Assembly: GCA_030827745.1 (NCBI GenBank)
Contig: JAURDW010000004.1
Location: 1-53,077, forward strand
Direction: 5' to 3'
Length of the DNA: 53,077 nucleotides
Source: Poseidonia sp.
Lineage (GTDB): Archaea > Thermoplasmatota > Poseidoniia > Poseidoniales > Poseidoniaceae
Part shown: positions 15,443 to 24,486 of the stretch, piece by piece
Numbering within the stretch: the stretch's first letter is position 1
Layout of the letters: each line of letters opens with the position of its first letter
Notes under the pieces: model-generated
Databases searched by the model: none
Seen by the model: only the letters and a program-made list of their open reading frames with translations
What the model was told of the DNA's origin: nothing
Program-made: the position numbers and the translations under genes

Positions 15443-18400
15443 TTAGCCTTGATACGGAATCCAAGCCTCGTTGCTTCCCGCAAGCCTGTACCAATGACCG
15501 TCTTGGTTGGAGTACCACTCATACCCAGATTCATCAACCGAGGTCGCTGGAGTCTCAGGTGAAGGTCCGGTTGCAGGTGTTGCCTCGTCTGTTTCATTTG
15601 CTTCGTCGAGGCCGCTTCCTTCACCGAACGGCGTCGTGGCAACAACCGAAATACCAAGTTGGTCGGCTCCCACCTCCAAGGGATCCGAGGAGGCCTCAAA
15701 AGCGTCGTTCTTGGTCAGGTTTCCTGCAGAGTCTTCTTTTCTATAGAAGAGAAGGGTGCCGATGGCCAAGCCGACGATGAGAGCACCGGCCACAGCGGGC
15801 ACGACGATGCTTCGCTCTTCACTGGTCACACTTTCTTCATCGGTTGAGCCCACGGATTGAGGTGGTGTGCGCTCGATGTTCACTTCACCCATTTCGAGGA
15901 CACGTTGGAGGCCAGCCTCGTTTTCAACCACGAGCGTCCATGGGTGCGTCCGATTCAAGGCCTCCTCACCAGCAAGGAGCGTCAACACGACTTCGCTCGT
16001 TCCGTTTGGAGGAACGACGGCCCCGCTGGTGGAGAGGTTCTCGTCGGTTTCAATGACCAGACGAGCGGTCGCGGGGACCAGTCCCCCGTTGTTTACTGTA
16101 CAGCGAAGAAGTGTTTGGCTTTCGAGGGAGGTTTGGTTCATCAAATTGAGGATGCAGGTGTGGTCCACTTCCAGCGCATAGGCCTCGGTGAAATCCAACA
16201 CGACCGACCAAGAAGCGCAGTGTTCGGTGTCGGTTGCATCGCACAAGCGTGCCTCAAAGGTGCTCTCGACCGAGATGAGGTCGCTCATCTCTGTGGTGAA
16301 GTTGATTTGGCCGTCGGATTGTGTCACACTCGACGACCAGTTGCTGTTGGTTTGGTTCAACGTGAGCGTGAACGAACCGGAACGCGTTTCGACACTTCCT
16401 AACGCCTTGACCGTATTTTTGCCATCAAGAAGGACCGTGGTGTTGTGGACCAACCACGGCTTGAGGACTTCAAATTCGGAGACAGGGGGGGCACTCGTAA
16501 CGAGTGCATTCCCAACATCGTCGGTCAGATGAACCACCACTGTGTAGTTGCCAGAGCCCCATGCTTCGGTCGCAAACAGGACCGTGGCCTGAGTTGCTGG
16601 TGTGGGGAGAATCGATTTGTTCATGACTTCGGCGCCGTCATAGACCACAGCAACGCTCCCTTGGAAGGATTCTTGCGCCTCCCCGGTCCATGTGAGGGTC
16701 ACTTCAAACGGTTCTCCTTGCTCAATGCTCGTGTTGTGAAGCATGCTCACCAACGTCGGTCCGCTTCGGTCAACGAGGCGAAGAAGGTAATCGTCACCGT
16801 CCTGGAGTCCGTCGGCATCCGTTCCAAAAAGACCGGAGAGTTCGCTCATGCTGATCTCAATGCTCCAATCCCCGAGGTCGGCTCGTTGGGGCAACCAGAT
16901 GTTCGTGTAAGCACGTTCCTCAGGATTCCAAATCAAGGGCAGCAGCATGGGCTGAAGCATGCCCTCCTGCGTGAGAGCAGCCGTTACGGAGAGGGTTTCT
17001 CGTTGGTGTACATCGGTGACGTGCAACGTGAAATTGGCGCTTTCAACGGCCCACACATCTCGTCCCTCTTCCGTACCGATGGAAGGGCTACCGGTCATGG
17101 TGAGGGTGTGCACCTCAGGTGCAACAGGATGAACCGTCAAGTTGTAGGTTGGGCGAGGAAGCAATTCGTTCCCGTTCGCATCAACCACTCGGAAGGTCAT
17201 GAAGAGTTCATGCGTGAGGTCGACTTCCAAGCCGTCCGTGCTGAGGTACAGGTAATATCCCTCAAGCGCGTTGTGGTAGGCCAAGGTCTGCGCCATGCTG
17301 AAACCCAATCCCGGCTCCCAATCCAAACCGAGGTATTCCACGGTGAGGTCATCTTCCCCAGCATCGTCGAAGAGAATCATGCTAAAGGTCTCGTTTACCC
17401 TGAGGTCAGGAGAGGATTCGATGCCTTTTCGGTGTTGGATATCGGCCACCTGTGGAGAAAACGCATCCTCCCACGCAAAGGAGGGGTTGGTGAGGGTGAA
17501 GGTAAATCCTGGCGAGCCAGGGGGTTGCGTTGAACCAACGAGGCTGAAGCGGTGCGATGTCGCCGGGCCAAAACACGTTGGGTCGGTAAATGCGTAGAAA
17601 CTGCCGCACTCTGCAAGAATCACGGTGTTCATCGCTTGGGTCAAATCAACGACGATGTCGAGCGTCCAAGGAACATGGAAGTGTCCAAACCAGACGTCGG
17701 TTTGTGCGCTCATATCAATCTCGACCGTGTAGGTCTCCCAAGCCAAACCGTTGGCATCGGTCCACGAAGCGCTGCTGCTCTGCCCGTTGAGGACCGATGC
17801 AGGCAGGGCGAGGTCCATACCGCCAGCGCTGTGGTTGGCCGCTGCGCTGCTCACCGTTGCACCGTTCATCCTTGCGCTGACGAAGGAGGGAGTGTTCCCG
17901 CTCGTTGCCGTTGGCCATTGCATCCAAACACGAAGTTCATCAGCGACGGTCGCTCCTGCTGGGAGGTCAAAGGAAAACTGAGGTTGGCTTGAGGTGCCCG
18001 TTGCGTTGACCGTTTGGGTGGACCCCACAGCGATGGAGGAAAGATCGGGCCCAATCCGTTGACCATCGTAGCGGAATTCGCTGGATGACAGGGTGGTCCA
18101 CGAGGTGTGTTCGACCGTCAGGCTGGTCAAGGTTGGGCTTGCGCTCCCGGTTCTGCTAAACGCATAGGAGAATTGGATCCAACGGTGGCGTTCGACCGTT
18201 TCACCGGAGAGCGATAACGGTGACCATGAGGTCCACTCGTCCCAGGTGAGGGAGCTTCCGTTGAGGCTGGTTCGGTAAAGAACGGTGAGGGATGCGTCGG
18301 CGGGAACAGCAGCGTTGTGGGTGATGAATGCCGGGGAAGGGCTGGCCGTTTGGCTTTGCAAAGGTTGCGTGATGAAACTGCCGTTGTTGGCCGTGACGTT

Positions 18401-19654
18401 GCTGTTCGAAACGTATCCGCTCCATGTCGTGGTCGTCACGACCCCGTTTGATCCTGCGGTTCCGTCAACGCCATCAACGCCGGTTCCGTACTTCATCCCC
18501 TTGGTACCCCCTCCGCCACCAAGTGCGGCCACGGTCCCTGAATTGGTGTAGCCGTTGGTTTGCGTTTTGATCACGATTCGGCCACCGCCACCACCGCCTC
18601 CACCGTCGCCGCCGTCATACATGCCAAAGCCGGGGCCGTTTTGAGCCCCGTTTGCCCCGTCACCACCGTCGCCACCATCGGCTTTGATTTGGCCACCGTT
18701 GCCGACGGCCACGCTGTTGGCGTGAATGGCGATGGAACCACCCGAGCCTCCGCCACCACCCGAGCCACCGGCTCCGGTTCCGGACGATGCCTGACTGCCG
18801 GCGTCGCCGTCCCCACCATGGGCTTGGAGCGAACCGTTGACGAAGACTTGATTGGCGAAAATCTGAACATAGCCACCTCCGGAACCCCCGTTGGCGGTTG
18901 AATGGTAGCTGCTGGTCACCGAGCCGCCCTGACTACCCCGTTCGCTTCCGTTTCCGTAGGTCGCTCCTCCTGAGCCACCTGAAGTTCCGCCACCGGCCCC
19001 GCCGGTTCCACCGTGCCCTGCACCTCCGGCCCCGTCACTTCGGCCGTTGGATGCAGCGGTGGTGCTGCCTCCTGCTCCGGTTCCACCCGTTGTCATGTCG
19101 TTGGCCTCAATGGAGGTGCCTTGCTCAATCCGGAGGGTGTTGACGTACAAGGTCAGATCGCCGGTCGCCACGATGCGGCCGCATGATGCGATGCCGCACA
19201 GCAGTTCCAAGGTGTCGTAAGCATGGGTGCCTGCGAGGTTGGTGGTGCTCAGAACGGTGCTTGAGTTCGTCCCTGCTTGAGGCGGCCCCGCAACGGAAGA
19301 GGTCAATTGGATGGTTGTTCCGTCGTTCACCGTGTCGTTGAGGGTCCCTGTGAGGGACCCAGATGCCACAGAAAACACCGTGTTTTGGGTGATTTCTGAG
19401 CCTTCAAGCTTGAGCGAAACCGACCCGTCGGTCATGTTGTGGCCATAGGTCACGGGTACAGTTGCAGCGATGGTGGTTCCGACGAGACCGGCGATTTCAC
19501 CGCTCCCGTCGGTGAAGGTTTGCTGGGAGGCGGTCCCCACAGGTTGCGCAGTGCCAGAGAGCGAGGTTGAAGCGTCGGCCCAACCAAGACTGGAAATGCC
19601 GCTAATAAGCATCAAGGCCACGAAGGACCAAGCAACTCCACGGGAAGGTTCCAT
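15443..19654 (-). CDS. 1403-aa secreted surface protein with glycine-rich domain, Ig-like beta domains, TM anchor and Trp-rich cytoplasmic tail
   Basis: N-terminal signal; GGxGG tracts; Thr/Ser-rich with many NxS/T sites; TM VVPAVAGALIVGLAIGTLLF-YRK; tail GYEWY...HWYR...AWIPY. Confidence 0.88.
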   Translation of the reverse strand: MEPSRGVAWSFVALMLISGISSLGWADASTSLSGTAQPVGTASQQTFTDGSGEIAGLVGTTIAATVPVTYGHNMTDGSVSLKLEGSEITQNTVFSVASGSLTGTLNDTVNDGTTIQLTSSVAGPPQAGTNSSTVLSTTNLAGTHAYDTLELLCGIASCGRIVATGDLTLYVNTLRIEQGTSIEANDMTTGGTGAGGSTTAASNGRSDGAGGAGHGGTGGAGGGTSGGSGGATYGNGSERGSQGGSVTSSYHSTANGGSGGGYVQIFANQVFVNGSLQAHGGDGDAGSQASSGTGAGGSGGGGGSGGSIAIHANSVAVGNGGQIKADGGDGGDGANGAQNGPGFGMYDGGDGGGGGGGGRIVIKTQTNGYTNSGTVAALGGGGGTKGMKYGTGVDGVDGTAGSNGVVTTTTWSGYVSNSNVTANNGSFITQPLQSQTASPSPAFITHNAAVPADASLTVLYRTSLNGSSLTWDEWTSWSPLSLSGETVERHRWIQFSYAFSRTGSASPTLTSLTVEHTSWTTLSSSEFRYDGQRIGPDLSSIAVGSTQTVNATGTSSQPQFSFDLPAGATVADELRVWMQWPTATSGNTPSFVSARMNGATVSSAAANHSAGGMDLALPASVLNGQSSSASWTDANGLAWETYTVEIDMSAQTDVWFGHFHVPWTLDIVVDLTQAMNTVILAECGSFYAFTDPTCFGPATSHRFSLVGSTQPPGSPGFTFTLTNPSFAWEDAFSPQVADIQHRKGIESSPDLRVNETFSMILFDDAGEDDLTVEYLGLDWEPGLGFSMAQTLAYHNALEGYYLYLSTDGLEVDLTHELFMTFRVVDANGNELLPRPTYNLTVHPVAPEVHTLTMTGSPSIGTEEGRDVWAVESANFTLHVTDVHQRETLSVTAALTQEGMLQPMLLPLIWNPEERAYTNIWLPQRADLGDWSIEISMSELSGLFGTDADGLQDGDDYLLRLVDRSGPTLVSMLHNTSIEQGEPFEVTLTWTGEAQESFQGSVAVVYDGAEVMNKSILPTPATQATVLFATEAWGSGNYTVVVHLTDDVGNALVTSAPPVSEFEVLKPWLVHNTTVLLDGKNTVKALGSVETRSGSFTLTLNQTNSNWSSSVTQSDGQINFTTEMSDLISVESTFEARLCDATDTEHCASWSVVLDFTEAYALEVDHTCILNLMNQTSLESQTLLRCTVNNGGLVPATARLVIETDENLSTSGAVVPPNGTSEVVLTLLAGEEALNRTHPWTLVVENEAGLQRVLEMGEVNIERTPPQSVGSTDEESVTSEERSIVVPAVAGALIVGLAIGTLLFYRKEDSAGNLTKNDAFEASSDPLEVGADQLGISVVATTPFGEGSGLDEANETDEATPATGPSPETPATSVDESGYEWYSNQDGHWYRLAGSNEAWIPYQG

Positions 19655-19763
19655 GGATTGAGCCTTCAGCGTTGGTTTATGAAGCCTCCTTCAAGGCATG
19701 CCGCTTCAAAGGGTGGGTGAAGAAAAGAAAAACGATTTAGGGCGCGGGGGCATCGTCCAAAGC

Positions 19764-20036
19764 ATGACCGATGAATGGGACCTCTCCGAAGCCATGGCCA
19801 AACTTAGCGAAGCCCTGCACGAAAAAGACATGTCAGTGGACCAGTTGTTCAACGATTTTGACGCCGATAGCGACGGTACCATCAACGGACCCGAACTTCA
19901 CAACGGCATCAAAGACATGGTGGGGGATGTGCTTTCCCCGGGTCAAATTTCTCAAATCATCAAGGCCTTTGACGTGAACGACGACAACCGGATAGACGTT
20001 GGCGAGTTGCGAACGGCCTTGGGCGAAGAAGAGTAA
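19764..20036 (+). CDS. Stand-alone two-EF-hand calcium-binding protein
   Basis: Canonical 12-residue loops DADSDGTINGPE and DVNDDNRIDVGE. Confidence 0.88.
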   Translation: MTDEWDLSEAMAKLSEALHEKDMSVDQLFNDFDADSDGTINGPELHNGIKDMVGDVLSPGQISQIIKAFDVNDDNRIDVGELRTALGEEE

Positions 20037-20049
20037 GAGTCGATGCACC

Positions 20050-20256
20050 TTGTCCTTCCGAGTCTGCATCAACTGTCACGGCATTCGTGTCTACCCCTAC
20101 ATGGGTTTCATGGTGGGTCAGCGGTTCCAATGCCAGGACTGTCAAGAATTGATGGTCATTCCCCTTGAGTTTGAACGGCAAGAGGACTACGAAACCTATC
20201 TTGTTGCGATGAAAGGCGGCGCAGAGCACGAACCCAAGGACGCCGAGGAAGAATAA
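20050..20256 (+). CDS. Small zinc-ribbon protein
   Basis: CINC...CQDC with an acidic tail; probable TTG start after the EF-hand gene. Confidence 0.65.
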   Translation: MSFRVCINCHGIRVYPYMGFMVGQRFQCQDCQELMVIPLEFERQEDYETYLVAMKGGAEHEPKDAEEE

Positions 20257-20301
20257 CAGGTCTGCGCTAAAACTCAAAAGCCACCGGTCCGACGGAACAC
20301 C

Positions 20302-21504
20302 ATGGCGAAGGTGGACATCGCGAACCCAAGCGAAGAGCACACGATGCTTCGAGAAATGGTCCGGGAATGGACGCAAGAGCATGTGGAGCCGCAAGCCCAC
20401 GAGCATGACCGCGATGAGAAATTCAACCTTGAACTGCTCCGGAGCATGGGGGAGTTGGGCCTGCTCGGCATCAGTGCGCCCGAAGCCTACGGTGGTGCTG
20501 GGCTGGACGCCGTTGCTTGCACCATTGTTCATGAGGAATTGTCCGCTTCTGACCCGGGGTTCGCGCTTGCTTACTTAGCGCACTCCATGTTGTTTGTGAA
20601 CAACTTGGCCTACAACGGAACCGAGGAGCAAAAAGCTCGCATCCTCCCCAAAGTTTGCTCTGGCGAGTGGATTGGCGCCATGGCCATGTCCGAGCCCGAT
20701 GCCGGCACGGATGTCCTCGGACTGAGCACGAGTGCTGTTCAACAAGCGGACGGCACCTGGCTTCTGAACGGACGAAAAATGTGGATCACGAACGGCTGCA
20801 TTGACGAAGACGGAACGCCTGCCGATGTGGTTTGGGTGTACGCCAGGACCGGCGAGGACGAACGGGGGCGCGTCCAAATGTCCACCTTCCTCGTTGAAGC
20901 CGGCATGCCCGGATACAGCGTAGGCCAGAAAATCTACGATAAAACCGGCATGCGTGCCTCAAACACGGCCGAACTGGTTTTTGACGACTGCGTCGTACCC
21001 GCTGCAAACCTTGTGGGTGATGTCGGCCAGTCCCTGCTTCACATGATGGGCAACCTTGAACTCGAGCGCTTGACGCTGGCAGCGATGGCTTTGGGCATTG
21101 GACGCCGCGCCCTCGACGAAATGAACCGGTACGCAACCGAGCGCACTGCCTTCGATTCCCCCATCCGAGATTTCGGACAGATTCAGCGTTACATTGGGGA
21201 AAGCTGGGCCAAATACCGTGCCATGCGGGCCTACATCTACGACACCGCCAACAACCTCACCATCGGCACGTCGGGTCAACGATTGGATTCCGACGGTGTC
21301 AAACTTTTCGCCACCACCGCCGCTAAAGAAATCGCAGACGCTGCCATGCAGGTCATGGGTGGATACGGGTACGTGGGTGAATACCACGTGGAACGCCTCT
21401 GGCGCGATGCCAAGTTGCTTGAAATCGGAGGGGGCACCCTTGAATCGCATCAAAAGAACATCACGAGGGACCTGTTCAAGGACGGAGACGCCATCAATCG
21501 ATGA
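20302..21504 (+). CDS. Acyl-CoA dehydrogenase (isovaleryl-CoA dehydrogenase-like)
   Basis: AMSEPDAGTD, NGRKMWITNG, GMRASNTAEL, QVMGGYGY, RDAKLLEIGGGT. Confidence 0.93.
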   Translation: MAKVDIANPSEEHTMLREMVREWTQEHVEPQAHEHDRDEKFNLELLRSMGELGLLGISAPEAYGGAGLDAVACTIVHEELSASDPGFALAYLAHSMLFVNNLAYNGTEEQKARILPKVCSGEWIGAMAMSEPDAGTDVLGLSTSAVQQADGTWLLNGRKMWITNGCIDEDGTPADVVWVYARTGEDERGRVQMSTFLVEAGMPGYSVGQKIYDKTGMRASNTAELVFDDCVVPAANLVGDVGQSLLHMMGNLELERLTLAAMALGIGRRALDEMNRYATERTAFDSPIRDFGQIQRYIGESWAKYRAMRAYIYDTANNLTIGTSGQRLDSDGVKLFATTAAKEIADAAMQVMGGYGYVGEYHVERLWRDAKLLEIGGGTLESHQKNITRDLFKDGDAINR

Positions 21505-22423
21505 GTTCCATCTTTTCTTGAGGCCGAAGCATGTTGCGGGTGCTCCGCCATGCGTTGGCCACCAAGCTTGACGAAACCAAAACCGCCACGGCGATGGCTG
21601 TTCCCCATGTCCAAACGCTCGACATCGTCGAAATCGTATCGTCGGTCAACAACAACGCCATCATGGTCGTGATGCCAACGGCGAGACCCGTTTGGATGAG
21701 CATTGGAGTGGAGACTCGGAAAATGGGTGCTGAACGCCCAAGTTGGCGCAGGACAAACATGACCCAAGAGCCCGCACCGATGCCCCACACTGGAATTTCT
21801 GCAGGATAGGTTTCAAACACCATCCACGCGTTTGAGGTGATGTAGCGGTCCATGCCCGTCAACAACACGACCCAAACCAAGGAGGCGCCCAAGAGGCTGA
21901 GCGCCGAGGTCATGCCTTGAGATGTAGCGGGCTGGGTCCCGTTGGAGGAGGCGGAGGCTTCGGTTTCTTCGGTCAGCTTGGCGCGTTCTTCCATCGCCAA
22001 CGCACGGTAGGTGCCTTCGAGTTTGTCAATGCGCTTTGAGAGCGAATGCATGTGCTCCACGAGGTCCACGAGAATGTTGTGTTCCTCTTCCATCAGGGCC
22101 ATACGCTCTTCCTCGAACTCGGGAAGGGTCACCATGGCGGGCACGGGGTCGATGATGCCCTCTGCTTTGAGTTCGGCTTGCGTCGCTTCAATTTTCTGCG
22201 TCAACCGCTCGTCCTTTTGCTCTCGCTTGGCCTCCACAGCATTGGCGACGGCTTCGTTCGTCTTGGTCACGGCCTCCTTGCCCGCATCGGCCATTTTGGT
22301 CACAGCCCCCCTCGTGGCCGTGGCCGCTTGTTTGGACAAGTCAGCGATCTTTGAGCCCGTTTGGCTCAAGCGTTCTGCCAGTGTAGGCTTCTTAGAATCT
22401 TCACCTTCTTCCGTGGTATTCAT
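21494..22423 (-). CDS. Membrane protein: N-terminal coiled coil plus 4 TM segments
   Basis: SD GAGGAGG before ATG 22423; heptad-rich Ala/Lys/Glu region; four hydrophobic segments. Confidence 0.8.
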   Translation of the reverse strand: MNTTEEGEDSKKPTLAERLSQTGSKIADLSKQAATATRGAVTKMADAGKEAVTKTNEAVANAVEAKREQKDERLTQKIEATQAELKAEGIIDPVPAMVTLPEFEEERMALMEEEHNILVDLVEHMHSLSKRIDKLEGTYRALAMEERAKLTEETEASASSNGTQPATSQGMTSALSLLGASLVWVVLLTGMDRYITSNAWMVFETYPAEIPVWGIGAGSWVMFVLRQLGRSAPIFRVSTPMLIQTGLAVGITTMMALLLTDDTISTMSSVWTWGTAIAVAVLVSSSLVANAWRSTRNMLRPQEKMELID

Positions 22424-22436
22424 ATTCGCCTCCTCG

Positions 22437-22655
22437 TCACTCTTCTTCTTCATGAGGAGTTGAGGTTTTGCTTTCCTCGTCAACAAATGTTATGTCTTCT
22501 GTTAGAATAGAGAACACCACGAAAACGGCAGCGGGGAAGGTTAGGAATCCCAACAATGGAAAGATGAACGTGAATCCAGTCATCAATCCAATAGAGGTTG
22601 CAAATAAAGGGATTGGGACATACTTGTCATCGTATTCCAACAACGATAACCGCAC
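22437..22655 (-). CDS. Small membrane protein (low GC)
   Basis: Hydrophobic hairpin plus acidic tail; start uncertain (GTG or TTG). Confidence 0.55.
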   Translation of the reverse strand: MRLSLLEYDDKYVPIPLFATSIGLMTGFTFIFPLLGFLTFPAAVFVVFSILTEDITFVDEESKTSTPHEEEE

Positions 22656-22697
22656 TATTTTGCGCGGGCGTATGCTGGTCAGTCCCTGACCACGTTG

Positions 22698-23138
22698 CTA
22701 ATTGTCTTCTTTCTGTTGTGGAATTTTCTCTGCAATTTGTTCGATTATGACTTGCGCAGCAGGAGTTGTTTTCATAGGCTCCATGTTTCGTTTCGCATCC
22801 GCCTCCAATTTCTTAGACGCAATCTCGAGCCATTTTGTACGCATGATCTCATATTCTTTCATTTGGATTTCGTACAGATTTTCAGCCTTCGATTTTGCCG
22901 TCAGTTCAAGTCGTATAACAAGAAGCCAAAGAAGTCCCGTAGCACCTATGAAAAAATATTTGATGAATGAATATTCGGTTTCCGCTTCAATGTCAAAAAA
23001 GCTCCAGCGAATTAGAATTCCAAACAACAAGGCACTGCAGCCGAGAGCCAATGTTGTCACGAGTAATTCAGTAGTATCTCTTCCAATTCTTCTCCGCATT
23101 TTTGGAAGCTCAGGGGCTCTGTCAAATGTTTTGGGCAT
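22698..23138 (-). CDS. 2-TM plus coiled-coil hypothetical protein (low GC)
   Basis: Two hydrophobic segments; CATTAAAT TATA-like box upstream. Confidence 0.7.
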   Translation of the reverse strand: MPKTFDRAPELPKMRRRIGRDTTELLVTTLALGCSALLFGILIRWSFFDIEAETEYSFIKYFFIGATGLLWLLVIRLELTAKSKAENLYEIQMKEYEIMRTKWLEIASKKLEADAKRNMEPMKTTPAAQVIIEQIAEKIPQQKEDN

Positions 23139-23171
23139 AGTTTAACTAATAGCAAACCGCATTTAATGGTT

Positions 23172-23789
23172 TCAGTACTCAACTGGAACCGGGTCCAAGA
23201 TGCGCCAAAGATACCACGCCGCTGCCGTACGGTAGGGTCGCCAGCGTTCGGCAATGAGGCCAACCGCTTCCTTGGTCTCCGCTTCGGGCACCAAGCGTTG
23301 CGTGCCTCGAATGAGCCCGATGTCTCCAAGACTGAACACGTCCGGTCGAAGGAAGTGGAACATCATCAGCATTTCCGCAGTCCATGGCCCAATGCCTCGA
23401 AATTTCACCAGGTGCTTCATGATGGCTTCGTCGTTCATGTCGTCCCAGGGTTGGTTGAGCAAATCCTCTGCCTGTTCGGCCAGCCCATGGATGTAACTGG
23501 CCTTTGGTCGAGTGACGCCGCACGCAGCGATGCTCGGTTGGTCGGTCTTCAGCACCGCCTCCGGGGTGACCTCGCCAAGGTGTTCAACGAGTCGTCCCCA
23601 AATGGCGTCGGCGGCAAGCACCGATATTTGTTGCCCAACGATGGAGCGAACGAGCGTTTGGAAGAGGTCGTCCCGGCTGGTGATGCCCTCTGGCCCGTGC
23701 TGGCGTACAACAGGGCCCAGAAGTTCATCATCGAGCAAGAAGGCGTGGGCGTCTTCCCACCAGGCAGGTGCACGACCGCTCATGGACAT
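23172..23789 (-). CDS. alkA: DNA-3-methyladenine glycosylase II (HhH-GPD)
   Basis: SIVGQQIS, LVKFRGIGPWTAEM (HhH), RPDVFSLGDIG, WRPYRT. Confidence 0.92.
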   Translation of the reverse strand: MSMSGRAPAWWEDAHAFLLDDELLGPVVRQHGPEGITSRDDLFQTLVRSIVGQQISVLAADAIWGRLVEHLGEVTPEAVLKTDQPSIAACGVTRPKASYIHGLAEQAEDLLNQPWDDMNDEAIMKHLVKFRGIGPWTAEMLMMFHFLRPDVFSLGDIGLIRGTQRLVPEAETKEAVGLIAERWRPYRTAAAWYLWRILDPVPVEY

Positions 23790-23833
23790 AGGAAAAGAGG
23801 TGAGGTTTTGAACACGCGCTTCAACCCAGCACC

Positions 23834-24298
23834 ATGCGAGACGATTTGCTTTCCCTCCTCCGGCTCAAGGACATTCTCCGTCAGGGTTGGGTCAACGCGG
23901 GGGTGCCGTCCCCCGAATCCGTCGCCGCCCATTCGTGGGGCATGGCCGTTCTTGCGCTCAAACTGTGTCCCGAAGACCTCGATCTGGTGCAGGTGCTGAA
24001 ACTCTGTCTGGTGCACGACGTGCCTGAAATCATCGTTGGCGACTTGACGCCAGAAGACGATGTCTCTACAAAATCAACCGACGAACGTGCGGCGATGGAG
24101 GTGCTTGCTCCCGATTGGGTGCCGCTGTTTGAGGAATACGAAAACCAAACTTCGCCAGAAGCGGTTTTTGTCAAATCCCTTGACAAATTGGACATGGCGT
24201 TGCAGGCTCAAGTCTACATGCGCCAAAACGACCTTGACCTCCACCAGTTCCTTGACAGTGCACGAAAAACGCTCGGAGACCACGAACTGCTTCGCTGA
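23834..24298 (+). CDS. HD-domain phosphohydrolase (YfbR/HDDC2-like 5'-deoxynucleotidase)
   Basis: LRQGW, ESVAAHSW, LVHDVPE..GD, DKLDM. Confidence 0.9.
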   Translation: MRDDLLSLLRLKDILRQGWVNAGVPSPESVAAHSWGMAVLALKLCPEDLDLVQVLKLCLVHDVPEIIVGDLTPEDDVSTKSTDERAAMEVLAPDWVPLFEEYENQTSPEAVFVKSLDKLDMALQAQVYMRQNDLDLHQFLDSARKTLGDHELLR

Positions 24299-24348
24299 AG
24301 TCAAAGCCGACAAAAACAAAAAGCGGCACCGCTCCGCTTGGCTTACAC

Positions 24349-24421
24349 AGCCCGATAGTGTAGGGGTCCATCATGGCGGGTTTTGGTCCCGCCGACCTCG
24401 GTTCGAATCCGAGTCGGGCTA
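24349..24421 (+). tRNA. tRNA-Gln (TTG); CCA not encoded
   Basis: Acceptor stem AGCCCGA/TCGGGCT (A1-U72, typical of archaeal tRNA-Gln); anticodon arm GCGGG-TTTTGGT-CCCGC; T arm CTCGG-TTCGAAT-CCGAG. Confidence 0.95.
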
Positions 24422-24486
24422 CTTTCACGATGTCCAATTGGGAACCCCTATGAAGTCCCGACTTCTCGACGAGGATAAGTGAGAAC

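Noticed and set aside
16445-17533. Long antisense ORFs (362 aa here; also 36652..37905, 48149..49171, 43302..44237)
   Set aside because: Shadow frames opposite well-supported genes, expected from codon bias at this GC content; no motifs.
22698-22700. Pyrrolysine readthrough of TAG
   Set aside because: No pyl genes or tRNA-Pyl in the window and not a known Pyl protein family; kept only as a low-interest frame observation.
10118-24421. Region between the two tRNAs as an integrated element
   Set aside because: No integrase, no duplicated tRNA 3' end seen, and mostly housekeeping genes with host-like GC.
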